The notes beneath the pieces are model-generated. The model did not search any database. It had not been told where the DNA came from and was given only the letters and a program-made list of their open reading frames with translations. A DNA stretch of 63,535 nt, filler included, from Octopus bimaculoides (taxonomy: Eukaryota): assembly GCF_001194135.2 (NCBI RefSeq). It is 5 parts of 5 records of this genome, joined end to end, with 100 filler letters (N's around TTAATTAATTAA, not from the genome) between each part and the next. Parts side by side here need not be neighbours in the genome. Positions count along the whole stretch, not along the records: positions 33,905 to 59,115 come from NC_068985.1; 4 more parts are not named here. One strand, written 5' to 3'. Of the stretch, positions 39,167-50,639 are shown in pieces. The stretch's first letter is position 1; every line of letters begins with the position of its first letter. The position numbers and the translations under genes were made by a program.

Positions 39167-40153
39167 NNNNNNNNNNNNNNNNNNNNNNNNNNNNNNNNNN
39201 NNNNNNNNNNNNNNNNNNNNNNNNNNNNNNNNNNNNNNNNNNNNNNNNNTATATATGTGTGTGTGTGTGTAAATATATATATATAATTGTTAAAGAGGAT
39301 AACAAACGTTAAGGCAAGGCAGACATCTCAAGTCATATACATTATTATTATTATTATTATTATTATATCGCAGAGTATGGGATATTCCGTCATTGGAGAC
39401 AAATAGGGAAAAGAAAAAGGGTATAGATTAATGAAATGACGACACAGAGGACAGAAGTAAAGAAATAAGGAGATGAAGAAAGAGAAGAAAAAAAAAGCAT
39501 AAAAGTTCACAGTTCAACTTTCCGATCTTGTAGAAGTCCATAAACCCTTAGGCGCAATCCTGCGTAAATCCATGTGGGTTAAAGTCCTGATAGTGCAAAT
39601 ATCCAGAAATAGACTCCAACATATGATCGATAACCTCGGAGCCCTAGTAATCCGTTTCAGTAATTACCTAGCGCGCCTAGTCATGTAGATCACCTGTGAA
39701 CTAAACTCCCATATTTTGTATACACTATATATATATTGTGGGCATGCAGTAGGTTATTACACAGACGGACATGGGCCTTCGGCTGTGTTGACGGGTGCAC
39801 GTAGTATTATGTTTGTGCACAACTGTAGCTAATTTTAAGACTGTGTTTATTAAGTTTCCTGTTTCTATGGTTAAGAGTGAAGCGCTTGTCTACTACCAGC
39901 AGAAAATCTCCTGCTACATTAAAATTTACATAGCGTGAAATGAGATGTGCGAACCATGTAACCTCTTTTCTTTGTTGTGGTAGCAGCAGAGGCGTGGAAG
40001 TAAAATAAGAATTTAATTTTTCTTTGAATCTAAAGTTGTATCAGAATCTGTTTTATTAAACATTTTGTTATTATAGGAGAGCCAACAGCTAATGCTATTG
40101 GTAATTTTTAAAAACTGTGGTTCGTTGGGACTACATGAACTTACGTTAATATA

Positions 40154-40427
40154 CAGTAATCCCTCGCCATATCGCGGTTCACCTATTGCAGTTTATTATT
40201 TAAGCTTACGTCGATTCCTCCGTGGTGTCGTTTTGCATTTATNNNNNNNNNNTATTTAAGCTTACGTCGATTCCTCCGTGGTGTCGTTTTGCATTTATAA
40301 TAAAATAAATATATACAAATTATAAAAATAACAATAAAAAATACAGCACAGTACTGTTTCTACTTCATAGATTATCACCTATCACAGGGGTTGGAATGTA
40401 ACACCCGCGATAGTCGTGGGATTACTG
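40154..40427. mobile_element. Tigger/pogo-type MITE
   Basis: TIRs cagtaatccctcgccatatcgcgg / ccgcgatagtcgtgggattactg with TA flanks. Second copy at 55384-55606. Confidence 0.85.
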
Positions 40428-40440
40428 TAATAACTTTTCA

Positions 40441-41212
40441 TGGCGGCGAACTGGCAAATCCGTTAGTACGGCAAGCAAAATGCTTGGCGGCATTTCGTCA
40501 GTCTTTACGTTCCGAGTTCAAATTCCGCCGAGGTTGACTTTACCTTTCATTCTTTCGAGGTCGATAAAATAAGTACCCGTTGAACTCTGGGGTCGATGTA
40601 ATCGACTATACCCTTCTCCGAAATTGCTGGCGTTGTGCCAAAGTTTGAAATGAACATTATAACTTTTCATTAGGTTTTTTAATCGTTTTATGTTAGCTAT
40701 TTGTTANNNNNNNNNNNNNNNNNNNNNNNNNNNNNNNNNNNNNNNNNNNNNNNNNNNNNNNNNNNNNNNNNNNNNNNNNNNNNNNNNNNNNNNNNNNNNN
40801 NNNNNNNNNNNNNNNNNNNNNNNNNNNNNNNNNNNNNNNNNNNNNNNNNNNNNNNNNNNNNNNNNNNNNNNNNNNNNNNNNNNNNNNNNNNNNNNNNNNN
40901 NNNNNNNNNNNNNNNNNNNNNNNNNNNNNNNNNNNNNNNNNNNNNNNNNNNNNNNNNNNNNNNNNNNNNNNNNNNNNNNNNNNNNNNNNNNNNNNNNNNN
41001 NNNNNNNNNNNNNNNNNNNNNNNNNNNNNNNNNNNNTTAAAGAATATATGTATTCTTTTCTACTCTAAGTACAAGGTCCGAAATTTTTGGGGGAGGGGGG
41101 CAGTCGATTAGATTGATCCCAGTACGCAACTGGTCTTTAATTTATCGACCCCGAAAGTATGAAAGGCAAAGTCGACCTCGGCGGAATTTGAACTCGGAAC
41201 GTATAGACAGAT
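40441..41212. mobile_element. Tail-to-tail SINE family A copies (40441-40655 +, 41047-41212 -) flanking a gap
   Basis: ggcggcgaactggcaaatccgttag...; reverse copy ...gtcgacctcggcggaatttgaactc. Confidence 0.8.
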
Positions 41213-41244
41213 GAAAGTTCTTCGAAAATATTGTATATAATATT

Positions 41245-41622
41245 GTAGGCGCAGGAGTAACTGTGTAGCTTGCTTACCAACCACATGGTTCTGGGTTCAG
41301 TCCCACTGCGTGGCACCTTGGGCAAGTGTCTTCTATTATAGCCTCGAGCCGACCAAAGCCTTGTAAGTGGATTTGGTAGACGGAAACTGAAAGAAGCCCG
41401 TATGTATGTGTCTGTATGTGTTTGTGTGTCTGTGTTTGCCTCCCCAACTTCGTTTGACAACCAATGCTGGTGTGTTTACGTCCCCGTAACTTAGCGTTTC
41501 GGCAAAAGAGACCGATAGAATAAATACTAGGCTTACAAAGAATAAGTCCTGGGGTCGATTTGCTCGACTAAAGGTGGTGCTCCAGCATGGCCGCAGTCAA
41601 ATGACTGAAACAAGTAAAAGAG
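41245..41622 (+). mobile_element. SINE family B, full length
   Basis: aggcgcaggagt...gggttcagtcccactgcgtggc...gactgaaacaagtaaaagag. Confidence 0.9.
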
Positions 41623-42057
41623 TTAAAAAAAAGCAGAGTAAGCAAGCCGTGTGACAACTCCACAATAGTAAGGCTGTCAATAGTTGTAAGGCTAGTGTTA
41701 AAGATGAAGATAACAACCTTAATTTGTGTCAAGTTAATTATAGTTAACTAGTCAACCGGGCGTGAGCTAAAGTTAATGAGAATAAATTTCTTAGCAGGTA
41801 TATCTAAATGTAGGTGATTACATATGCTTACCTTGACATATTTCCTCGAAATATTATCGAATGAACCTTTTGCTACGGAATTTTCTTTTTTCATAGGCAG
41901 AGTTCTTTTTTTAACATTAACGCTTACGTCTATTGAGTTTTAGTTCTTGATAAAATCTGATGTTTGTTATTCATATTCTTGATCAGACACCAATACTATT
42001 TCTTATATGACGTAGCTCTGTTTTCCTGACAGTACAGTTAATAATATTAGAATCTTA

Positions 42058-42240
42058 AGGCGGCGAGCTGGCAGAACCGTTAGCACGCCGGTCGAAATGT
42101 TTAGCGGTATTTCGTCTGTCGGTACGTTCTGCGTTCAAATTCCACCGAGGTCGACTTTGCCTTTCATCCTTTCCGGATCGATAAATTAAGTACCTGTTGC
42201 GTACTGGGATCGATCTAATCGACTGGCTCCCTCCTCCAGC
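42058..42240 (+). mobile_element. SINE family A (outer left arm of the nested inverted structure)
   Basis: aggcggcgagctggcagaaccgttagcacgccgg...gttcaaattcc...gtcgactttgcctttcatcc. Confidence 0.9.
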
Positions 42241-42376
42241 AATGATAGAATTATAGTGGTAACGATATTATTACTGCTGAAACAATAAAATTAGTTGAGT
42301 AGCAATAACATTACTAGTATAATAATAATTACTATTTACATTTGACGGATATCTATCCTCATCTTGTTTGTTGTTA

Positions 42377-42422
42377 AAACAACGTTTCGGCTGGTGTACT
42401 CTCCAGCCTTCATCAGGTGTCC
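42377..42422 (-). ncRNA. Minimal type-I hammerhead motif in an inverted pLTR-like repeat
   Basis: GACAC-CUGAUGA-A-GGCUG GAGAGUACAC CAGCC-GAA-ACGU-U-GUUUU. Confidence 0.55.
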
Positions 42423-42498
42423 TGGGGGAATAAGAATAATAATAATAACATCGGAAAAATACCCTAGGAATGAGAACCCAGGTTCGAAATTTCCCCAG

Positions 42499-42544
42499 GA
42501 CACCTGATGAAGGCTGGAGAGTACATCGGCCGAAACGTTGTGTT
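42499..42544 (+). ncRNA. Minimal type-I hammerhead motif
   Basis: GACAC-CUGAUGA-A-GGCUG GAGAGUACAU CGGCC-GAA-ACGU-U-GUGUU. Stem I GACAC/GUGUU, palindromic stem III. Confidence 0.6.
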
Positions 42545-42646
42545 AACAACAAACAAGGTGAGGACAAAGATCCGTCCAATATACATAATTCCTCATCTCT
42601 CAAATATAGAACTGAATACGTCTACTACTACTAATAATGGCTTCAA

Positions 42647-42839
42647 ATTTTGTCACAAGGCAGCCATTTTGGGGGAGGGGTTGAGTCGATTGCAGTGTTT
42701 CACTGGTGCTTAATTTATCGACCCCGAAAGGGTGAAAGGCAAAGTCGACCTCGACGAAATTTGAACTCAGTCGCTACGACTGACGAAATACTGCTAAGAA
42801 TTTCGTCCAGTGCGCTAACCATTCTGCCAGTTCGCTACC

Positions 42840-42842
<3 letters not shown>
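42647..42842 (-). mobile_element. SINE family A (outer right arm)
   Basis: Reverse complement of 42058-42240. Confidence 0.85.
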
Positions 42843-42876
<34 letters not shown>

Positions 42877-42999
42877 TAATAATAATTTCATTTATTTGCC
42901 ACAAAGGCGAAGGACGAGGAGGACAATACAAAGACAGAAAGTATACACTGAAAAAGAAGGGACATGCATAGCATACAAAAGTTTAAAAGAAAAAAAAAG

Positions 43000-43203
43000 T
43001 GACAGGGAGGATGAGTGAGATGTGGCCCTCCTGATACAGGAAGGCCTCTAGAGATAATCGAGGAACCCCATTCTCCAAGATTTCCCTGAAATCTCAGGTG
43101 CAAGTGCCCTCACCAATTCCTTCTCTACAACTCACAGGTCTACACTTAGAGAGGTACCATCCACTCTTGCCATTTTCACAACTTTCACCCAGCTTTCAAA
43201 AAT

Positions 43204-43205
<2 letters not shown>
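43000..43205 (-). mobile_element. Possible L1/Tx1-like LINE 3' end
   Basis: Minus strand IFESWVKVVKMARVDGTSLSVDL*, followed by a UTR-like tail and an A-rich end. Recognition is by impression only. Confidence 0.3.
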
Positions 43206-43244
<39 letters not shown>

Positions 43245-43479
43245 TAATAATAATTTGTCATGTCACTGCAGGAGCAAAGATATCATTTGTACAGTATGAA
43301 TAACAATTTTTCCAAAGTAAACGACATTACTACAGTAGCAATGAATTAAAACCAGTACAGTAATGATATTTATACAGTAGCAATGGTTTTGACACGGTTA
43401 GCAATAATACTTCAACAGTATCAATATTATTGAATTAACGATAACATATTGCAGTAGCGAGGACATTATAAGTGCAATA

Positions 43480-44030
43480 CTATAATATTACCATGATAAT
43501 AGTAATACCATACTACTACTAATAATAATGATAATAATAATATCATGATAATAATAATAATAATACCATAATAATAATAATAATGATGATAATAATAATA
43601 TTACCATCTTAATAATATTACTATAGAAACAATAGCAATACCACAGTATTACCATAGTAACCATAGTATTACCATAGTAACAATAATACTGACGAAGAAA
43701 CAATATTACCAAAGTAACAATGGTGTTACCATCGTAACAATGGTGTTACCATCGTAACAATGGTGTTACCATCGTAACAATAATAATATAACCAAAGAAA
43801 CGATATTTACATAGAAACAATATTACCATAGTAGTAATAGTATTACAGTAGAAACAATGTTACCATAGAAACAATATCACAATAACAGTGTTACCATAGT
43901 AACCATGGTATTAACAGAGTAACCATAATATTTCCATAGAAACAACAGTGTTACCATAACAATAATATTACCATAGTAACAATAGTGTTACCACAGTAAC
44001 CATAATATTACCATAGTGACAATAATATAA
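43480..44030. repeat. Degenerate ~20-bp minisatellite (taccatagtaacaat-based)
   Basis: Exact tandem aatggtgttaccatcgtaac x3 at about 43720-43780, with many variant units around it. Confidence 0.8.
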
Positions 44031-44663
44031 GACATAACTACTTCGCATAAACTGGCTCTGCTCTCTTTCTCATCATGTCAAAACACACAAGAGAAAGAAA
44101 AGGATCTCATAACATTCAAATAGTTCTTGGACGAATGTCTCCAATAAATTCCAAATAAACCAGCCTCACCCAGATAAATCTCTGCAAGCAACAACTCTCA
44201 ACTGGACCGGGGTGATTGTTGCCCAAAGAATGACTGTAACATGAAACATCATTAAATGTCTTTTCCAGGTGTTGCTATCAAGTTAGTCATGGCCTGGGCC
44301 AATTCTGGCAGAAACTTATCTAAGTATTATCACAGTAACAATAATATTAACATTGTAATAATAACATTACACTATCTTTAGCATGATCACAATAGAAATA
44401 AAAGGATTACAACACCAGCGTTTGCTGCAACAATGGCAATAATATTATCTCAATAGCAAAAACAATATTACTACAATAACGTTAACGTAATCATAATATT
44501 GACAACATAACTATAATAGTAATATCGCTATTATAACAATATTATAATAATGGCAGATCTTTAAGAATCGGCATTTGGAAAGTAAAGGGTTTTTCGATTA
44601 ATAGGAAAACATGTTTGGGAAAAGAGATATGATGCTTTCATCATTCTATAGTTTCGTTCTTCA

Positions 44664-45035
44664 ATTCTTTTCTACTCTAGGTACAAGGCCCGAAATTTTT
44701 GGGGAGAGGGCTGTCGATTAGATCGACCCCAGTACGCAACTGGTACTTAATTTATCGATCTCGAAAGGATGAAAGGCAAAGTCGACCTCGGTGGAATTTG
44801 AACTCAATATTGAGAGATATTAAGGCGGCGAACTGGCAAAATAGTTAGCATTCCAAGCAAAATGTTTAGTAACATTTCACGTTTACAGTCCGAGTTCAAG
44901 TTCTGCCGAGGTCAACTTTGACTTTTATCCTTTCGCGGTCGATAAAATAAGTACCAGTTGAGCACTGGAGTCAGTGTAATCGACTTACCCCCTCTTCCAA
45001 AATTGCTGGCGTTGTGCTAAAATTTGAAAGCAATA
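44664..45035. mobile_element. Head-to-head SINE family A pair (44664-44806 -, 44822-45035 +) about 440 bp into the FucT intron
   Basis: gtcgacctcggtggaatttgaactc vs gagttcaagttctgccgaggtcaac. Confidence 0.85.
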
Positions 45036-45471
45036 CTGAAGGACATTTCTTTTTATCAACACAGGATATTTCATAGAATTTTGCGTTTCTATTGAGAAAA
45101 GAGCGTGAATTCTGTAGCAGTGCTGTTACTGGGAAAAATCAATCGAATGTCTAAACCAACATTCATCGAAGTGGATCTACTTCATTTAATCCTGGAGGCT
45201 CATTATTCTTTTTAACGGATTCTTCCCTTTTTATTATAAGCATAAAATCGAAAGGCACGATTAGAAATTTTAAGGAGCTTACGTCTATCGGAGAACGAAA
45301 TTCTACAACAATGAAAGAATTAAGAAACGGAAGTGTGCAATAATGACAATCTTACAGAAAGGAAGTAGTCGATTGAAAAACATTTCATTTTCTTCTTATC
45401 CCTTCCGAAGCTTTGCCGCAAATAACAATGATTAAAAAAGAAAAAAAAGAAAAAAAAAAGGTTTTACTTAC

Positions 45472-46634
45472 TGTAGACCATTGACGAATAATTTTTCCGT
45501 TATGTAATCCCGACAGTTAGAATTTTCAAACGCTAAATAAAATTTATAGTCCTTATTAAGCATTTCAAAACATTTTTTGGCAATATTTCTGGGGCATTTA
45601 AAGCTCCCGCAAGCCCCATATATATCAACCTGGATATATTTAGCGAGTTCTTCAGCATAAGTACGCCTATCGTTCTGAGCGCCACAGTTCGAAACAAACC
45701 ATGCAACTTTTTTTGTTTTGGTGGCCGCGTAGTTTTTCACTTGTCCTTTCTGTTTTACAGACTCGTTGAAATATTGGAATTTTTCATACGGTGCCACGAT
45801 TGTGCTATCGTGACGGTATGTAGCAGTCCAATTAAAAAGATTCTTTACGCCAGCAAGTCCTGGAGTGTGATAAGGGCATTCTAGCATGTACAGCACCCAT
45901 ATCTGGTTTAATGGTCGCGGTATATTCATAGCGCTGACACCATGGTAGAAAAGTATAGCGTCAGCGCTGCTTCTTTTCGTTCTGTCATCTGTAAGGTAGC
46001 ACGTGTTGATCGGACACTTATAATCCAAAAACGTGTCTTGGCCATGTTTTTGTTGAAAGACGCTAAAACCGTTATATATTAATATTGTCTTTAGTTTCCT
46101 CATAACATGCGCCGGCTCTTTTTTCTGACCGGCTTCATCTCTCAGCCTGAAATTTCCACCATTAATTTCCTCAGGTTGCTTCCTAGGGTATTTATCAGGA
46201 ATATAGTTTGGTGGTATGTATTTCAGCTGAGCTTGGATTCGGTCACCAACATCCCATACATTCCCAGGCCATAATGCAAGGAATTCAGAAGTCATTGAAT
46301 TATTGCGATAGTGCCGAGTGGCATTTATTACGTTACGTATATTGGAGATTTTATTCTGAACATGCTGTCCTTTTTTTTTGATGGAGCCGACAAGTAGTGA
46401 TGACAAAGAGGAAGGCTTCTCGTGAATCGCTCCTTGATATGTCAATATATTTTTGTGGTCAGCAGGCCGGTGTTTTGGAATGTTGCTGCTATAACCGCTC
46501 CCGTCGTCGCTGTGAGCAGAGTAGGTGTGCACCCAAAGTTTGTGGTTGTATAAATTGAAAATAATTAGAAACAAAATACTCGCAAAGAAAACCCATGTAA
46601 ACGCTTTCTTGATGCTCAGCTTCATTGTTTTCAT
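45472..46634 (-). CDS. FucTA: GT10 alpha-1,3-fucosyltransferase (glycoprotein 3-alpha-L-fucosyltransferase A-like), first coding exon; CDS incomplete
   Basis: Type II TM (FTWVFFASILFLIIFNLY), long stem, CPINTC, ADAILF, WVLYMLECP, FNWTATYRHDS, KVAWFVSNC, YKFYLAFENSNCRDYITEK. The frame ends at CTA CA|GTAAGT, a phase-2 donor at 45471. Upstream acceptor ttttccggttAG at 46658-46657. The start may be the second ATG (46625). Confidence 0.93.
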
Positions 46635-47497
46635 TCATGTAAGGAGGTGGTTAGACCTAACCGGAAAATCACCCTCATACGCACACACACCGGCACACAC
46701 ATGTATGTATGGAATGTATGTATGTTTGCATATATGTACCGGTACTGATTTTATAGTTACTTTAAATGTTTAGTATTTGTTCAGAGTACGCACATACTGG
46801 AGCAGTCGTCATTGATCCCAAATGCTAATCCTATCATCAGATGCTTTATCTTATATAAAACTGCCATAAAACATGATGCCAATCGTGCACTCGTAGGTTA
46901 CTCACGATAACTTATTATCTTGCTCAATTATGGACGTGGATATCAGACGAAGAATTTATTATTAAATAGATTTCTACAATAATATGTAGGTATTAACCCC
47001 TACAAAAAAATCATAAACACTTACGTCCAAACTTTATTATAATAAGTATGTGAAAATATTAACGATAAAGACTAGATTGAACGCCTGCTCTTCGCCTGTC
47101 ATTTGCCTGCCTCTTAAATTATGTTCATTCGTCTCGGTGATTTTTGTTCGTTATGTATACAGAGCCATATAGCAGTCTTGTGTAGATGTTCAGCTAGTGT
47201 GTGTGTGTGTGTGTGTTTATCAACTTCAAATGTTAGAGTAGAATATGAGGAGATTTTAGTATTTAATGTGAATATGAGATACAAGTGTGCGTGTGTTTAT
47301 ACTAATGACTAAGAGAGAGAGAGAGAGAGAGAGAAAGTGTGTGCGGGCGTGAATAAACGGAACAATGATAATGATGGACGAGAGAAAATATTGATGTGTG
47401 TGTGTATTTGTTTGTTTATGCGTACAGGTTTGTAGACCTGATCTAAACGAAGTAATTATTAAAGTTCTGTTCAAAACGAAGCCAAAACTGTACTTAC

Positions 47498-47612
47498 ATT
47501 ATTTTATAAACGAAATAAAACAAACGACCGATCGGTTGGAGTCGACTGAGTAGAAGCTACGGCGTAAGGTCATTGTTGAGATGTGATTAACGGTCAACGT
47601 TTTATATTTTCA
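47498..47612 (-). other. Candidate non-coding 5' UTR exon of the fucosyltransferase
   Basis: Acceptor gttttcAG|G (47614-47613) and donor AAT|GTAAGT (47497). Contains a 24-codon uORF. Confidence 0.35.
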
Positions 47613-48369
47613 CCTGAAAACTGCAGATAATAGTAAGCCGAATGAGGAAAGGTGGCTTACCTAATGCAACAGTCTACCTGGGACGATAGCAGTTGCCAAC
47701 ATCCTATTAGTCAGTTTACAATCCGTTACGACGTTAACAACCGAATTAGGTGCGAAGCGCAGATGGGAAGAGACCTATTTCAATAAAACCATTCAATGAA
47801 GGAGTAAATAAACAAGAAAACAAAACAAAGTCGAACGGGAAACCAGAGCACAACCTAGCGGTAGTAGTAGTAGTAGTAGTAGTACTATCAATGAATATCA
47901 GTAGTCGTACAATAGTAGTAGTAGTAGTATTGATAATGATTATAATGGTCACCCTCGTCAGTTTCGACGTATGAGTGTTTGTAGGAGCGGATTACAAACA
48001 TTTAATGAAAGATGAAACACAAATAAATAAATAACTGAATGAATATAGATTATTACTTTTACGAGTTAAATGTTACAGATAAGATGTTAAACAAATATGT
48101 TAATTGTCTGATCTAAATTTGGAGTTAATATTCACCAGCAAGATACGAAGAGAATAACTAAAGATCAAAACTGAAATTTCTGTGGAAATTTGAAAAATTC
48201 AACAATTGTTCATCTTCATAAATATGACAGTCCCTGGATTTCTGCTTTGTTTCTGTGCGGTGTATTTTCAAATTTTATTGGATTAATTACTTCTTTCTCT
48301 TCCCCACAAAAAGCCCTTCCCTCATACTACAATTATCACAGTTCGTAATCCCGCTGTCATGATAGCAAG

Positions 48370-48483
48370 CAATGCTTTAAACAGGTTGGTATATAAACTA
48401 CACGAACTACACAGAACATCCCTCCTTTATCTACTTAAACACGCATATATTTTCATCTGTGTGTGTGTGTATGTATATATGTC
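48370..48483. repeat. Dispersed ~110-bp repeat, second copy at 51313-51425
   Basis: aatgctttaaacaggttggtatataaactacacgaac...cctcctttatctacttaaacac in both. Confidence 0.85.
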
Positions 48484-50639
48484 AATACAGTCTTATCGAT
48501 GTATTTCTAAGTAATTATGTATATGCATATTTGTTTTTTTTTTCCCGTTTTACTATGAAAATATAATCAGTCATCTTTCGCATACCTCGTTGGTTGGTCA
48601 AGTTTACTTAAGCTTCAACTATTAACTTTTCGATAAATTTAAACGATTATTTTTCTCAATATTTGTTTTTCTCACGTGTTTGTTGATCTGCTTAAAATTG
48701 TTTGAGTGGTCGTTTCTTTGACCAGTTTGCTTTTTATTTGTAGTTTTTATGTCAAAAACTATGTGTTTTGTTTTCCCACTTCTAGTATCACTGGTTCGCT
48801 CACCTACCTTTTTTTTTTACGTTTCTACTTGTAAAGTTTGTGAAGCCAGAGGACAAGGAAAGAGTCCCTTCCCGTGTTCAGGTATCAGCCGAATACCGAA
48901 GCTGGCTGTTGGTCATATGAGGAGGCGGGCGAGCATAAGAGTTACACACACATAACACTCACATAAAGATACGTATCCATCTTTATGCACACACGCATAA
49001 ACGAAAAAAGTAGAAAAGGGGTGAGCAGTAGAAAGGAATGTTAAGGTGAGCAGTTAAGCTCCTGTGTACATATACCTGTGCGTGCGTCTGTGTGAGTGTG
49101 TGTTTAGGATCGACTTACAGCAACCGCTTGACGGTCACTCCGTTTGACAGTCTGTCTGTGTGTCGGGCTAGCTGCGAGCCGTCTCTTTCTGTTAAACAAA
49201 ACTTAGCAGTAATCTTAAAATACAATGAAAGTGCAGTAAGCTTGTATAATAATAAGGAAATTAACTAGTGTGTCAGCCTGTCTCCTTTGTATATCTTTCA
49301 CTAAATGTTTGTGTTCTGAGCTGGACTTCTTTCTAGGATAAACTTTTTGATAAGCAGTATTAATATCAGCTACATTATAATCAGTACTATTTTTATTGTT
49401 TTACATCTCAGAACGGTCTTGTTTGTTCTGATAGAGTCTACGAAAGCGGTGTTATTATCAGTATTTTTTAATTTTATTATTATTATTTATGTTAGTATTG
49501 TTATCAATATTAACCGTACTTAAAGCATAAATAGTGACAAAGTTTGAAAAATGTAAATTCCTATCTTACCGTGTGTGTGTGTGTGTGCGTGTATATTAGT
49601 TAAGCCACATCTACATTCTCACACATTCTGCGGCTGGACAAGTGTGACTCTTTGTGTATTTATTCATGCGTATTGTATGTGTTTGTGTGTGTTTAAATTT
49701 AAGTCAACTTACAAAACTGTGCGAGTGAGAGAGTGAGCTGGGTGTGTGTGTGTTAAAGCGTTGTGTACGGATCAGATCAAGACGGCCTCACTGCGTTTGC
49801 ATAGTCAACTGCGATGAACCAACTTTGTGTTAGTAAAACGTTAGGAATCCCTGAGTCGTGGTAGCAGTTGCTACGTGAGTGAGATTAGAGAGACTGGTTC
49901 TGGAACAAGTTCGTTCTCATCTGCAGCTGGATGCATTTGGTGTCCCCTAACACTACGGGCATCTACTCACAAACTTGTGCCTTTTACTCTCTAACTCCCT
50001 CTCACACCTATTTGCTTGCTCGTATTTAATCCCTTTCTTTCTTTCTTTAGATCAGTGAAACTCTATCTGCCTCTCTATCTCTCTTTCCCTTCTTCTGTCT
50101 CACTTTTTCTCTTTCTTCCTTTGTCTCTGTTATACACACACTCACACTTAAGCTGTCTTATTTTGCTCTTCTTCTCTTTTCCAGAATTCTCTCTGCAGTC
50201 CAACGTTGCTCAAAAAGTTGCCAATAGCAATGAGCTGGTGCTATATCGTTTTCATTATATTCTTGTTGTCTCTGTTGCTGGAGTTTGCATTGGTTATTTC
50301 TCCTTGAATCTTGGCGTTCTCAATGGCACCAAAGTTCTGCAAACTGTGACGCCGATGAATGAGAGGCGTGATTTTTATTGGTCTGTTTTTATTGATTTCT
50401 TAATATATTTTTCTCTTCCAGGAATATTCTTAGAATGAATAATACTTGGTTCCTTATTTATTTCACAAATTTCTTCGTAGTCCTAGGATTTCGGGCAACA
50501 GGTACCTGCAAGAGAAGAAAAAAACATCCGTTCATACATCATATTAAAATTGTGATATTAGAAATCTGAAATGTCTAGTTTACTCTAGTACATTGGACCT
50601 TATGGGGTGGGGGAGGGGGAAAGAAAGTAGTTCTGCTCA

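Noticed and set aside
40196-40298. 46-bp direct duplication around a 10-N gap
   Set aside because: The second copy of the same MITE (55384-55606) has the segment once, so these are unmerged overlapping contig ends.
43700-44000. Regularly spaced repeats as a CRISPR array (also 7053-7151)
   Set aside because: Tandem units with no unique spacers, in a eukaryotic context with no cas genes.
50016-50438. 140-aa hydrophobic ORF
   Set aside because: TTG start, derived from CT-rich low-complexity sequence, no family motifs.
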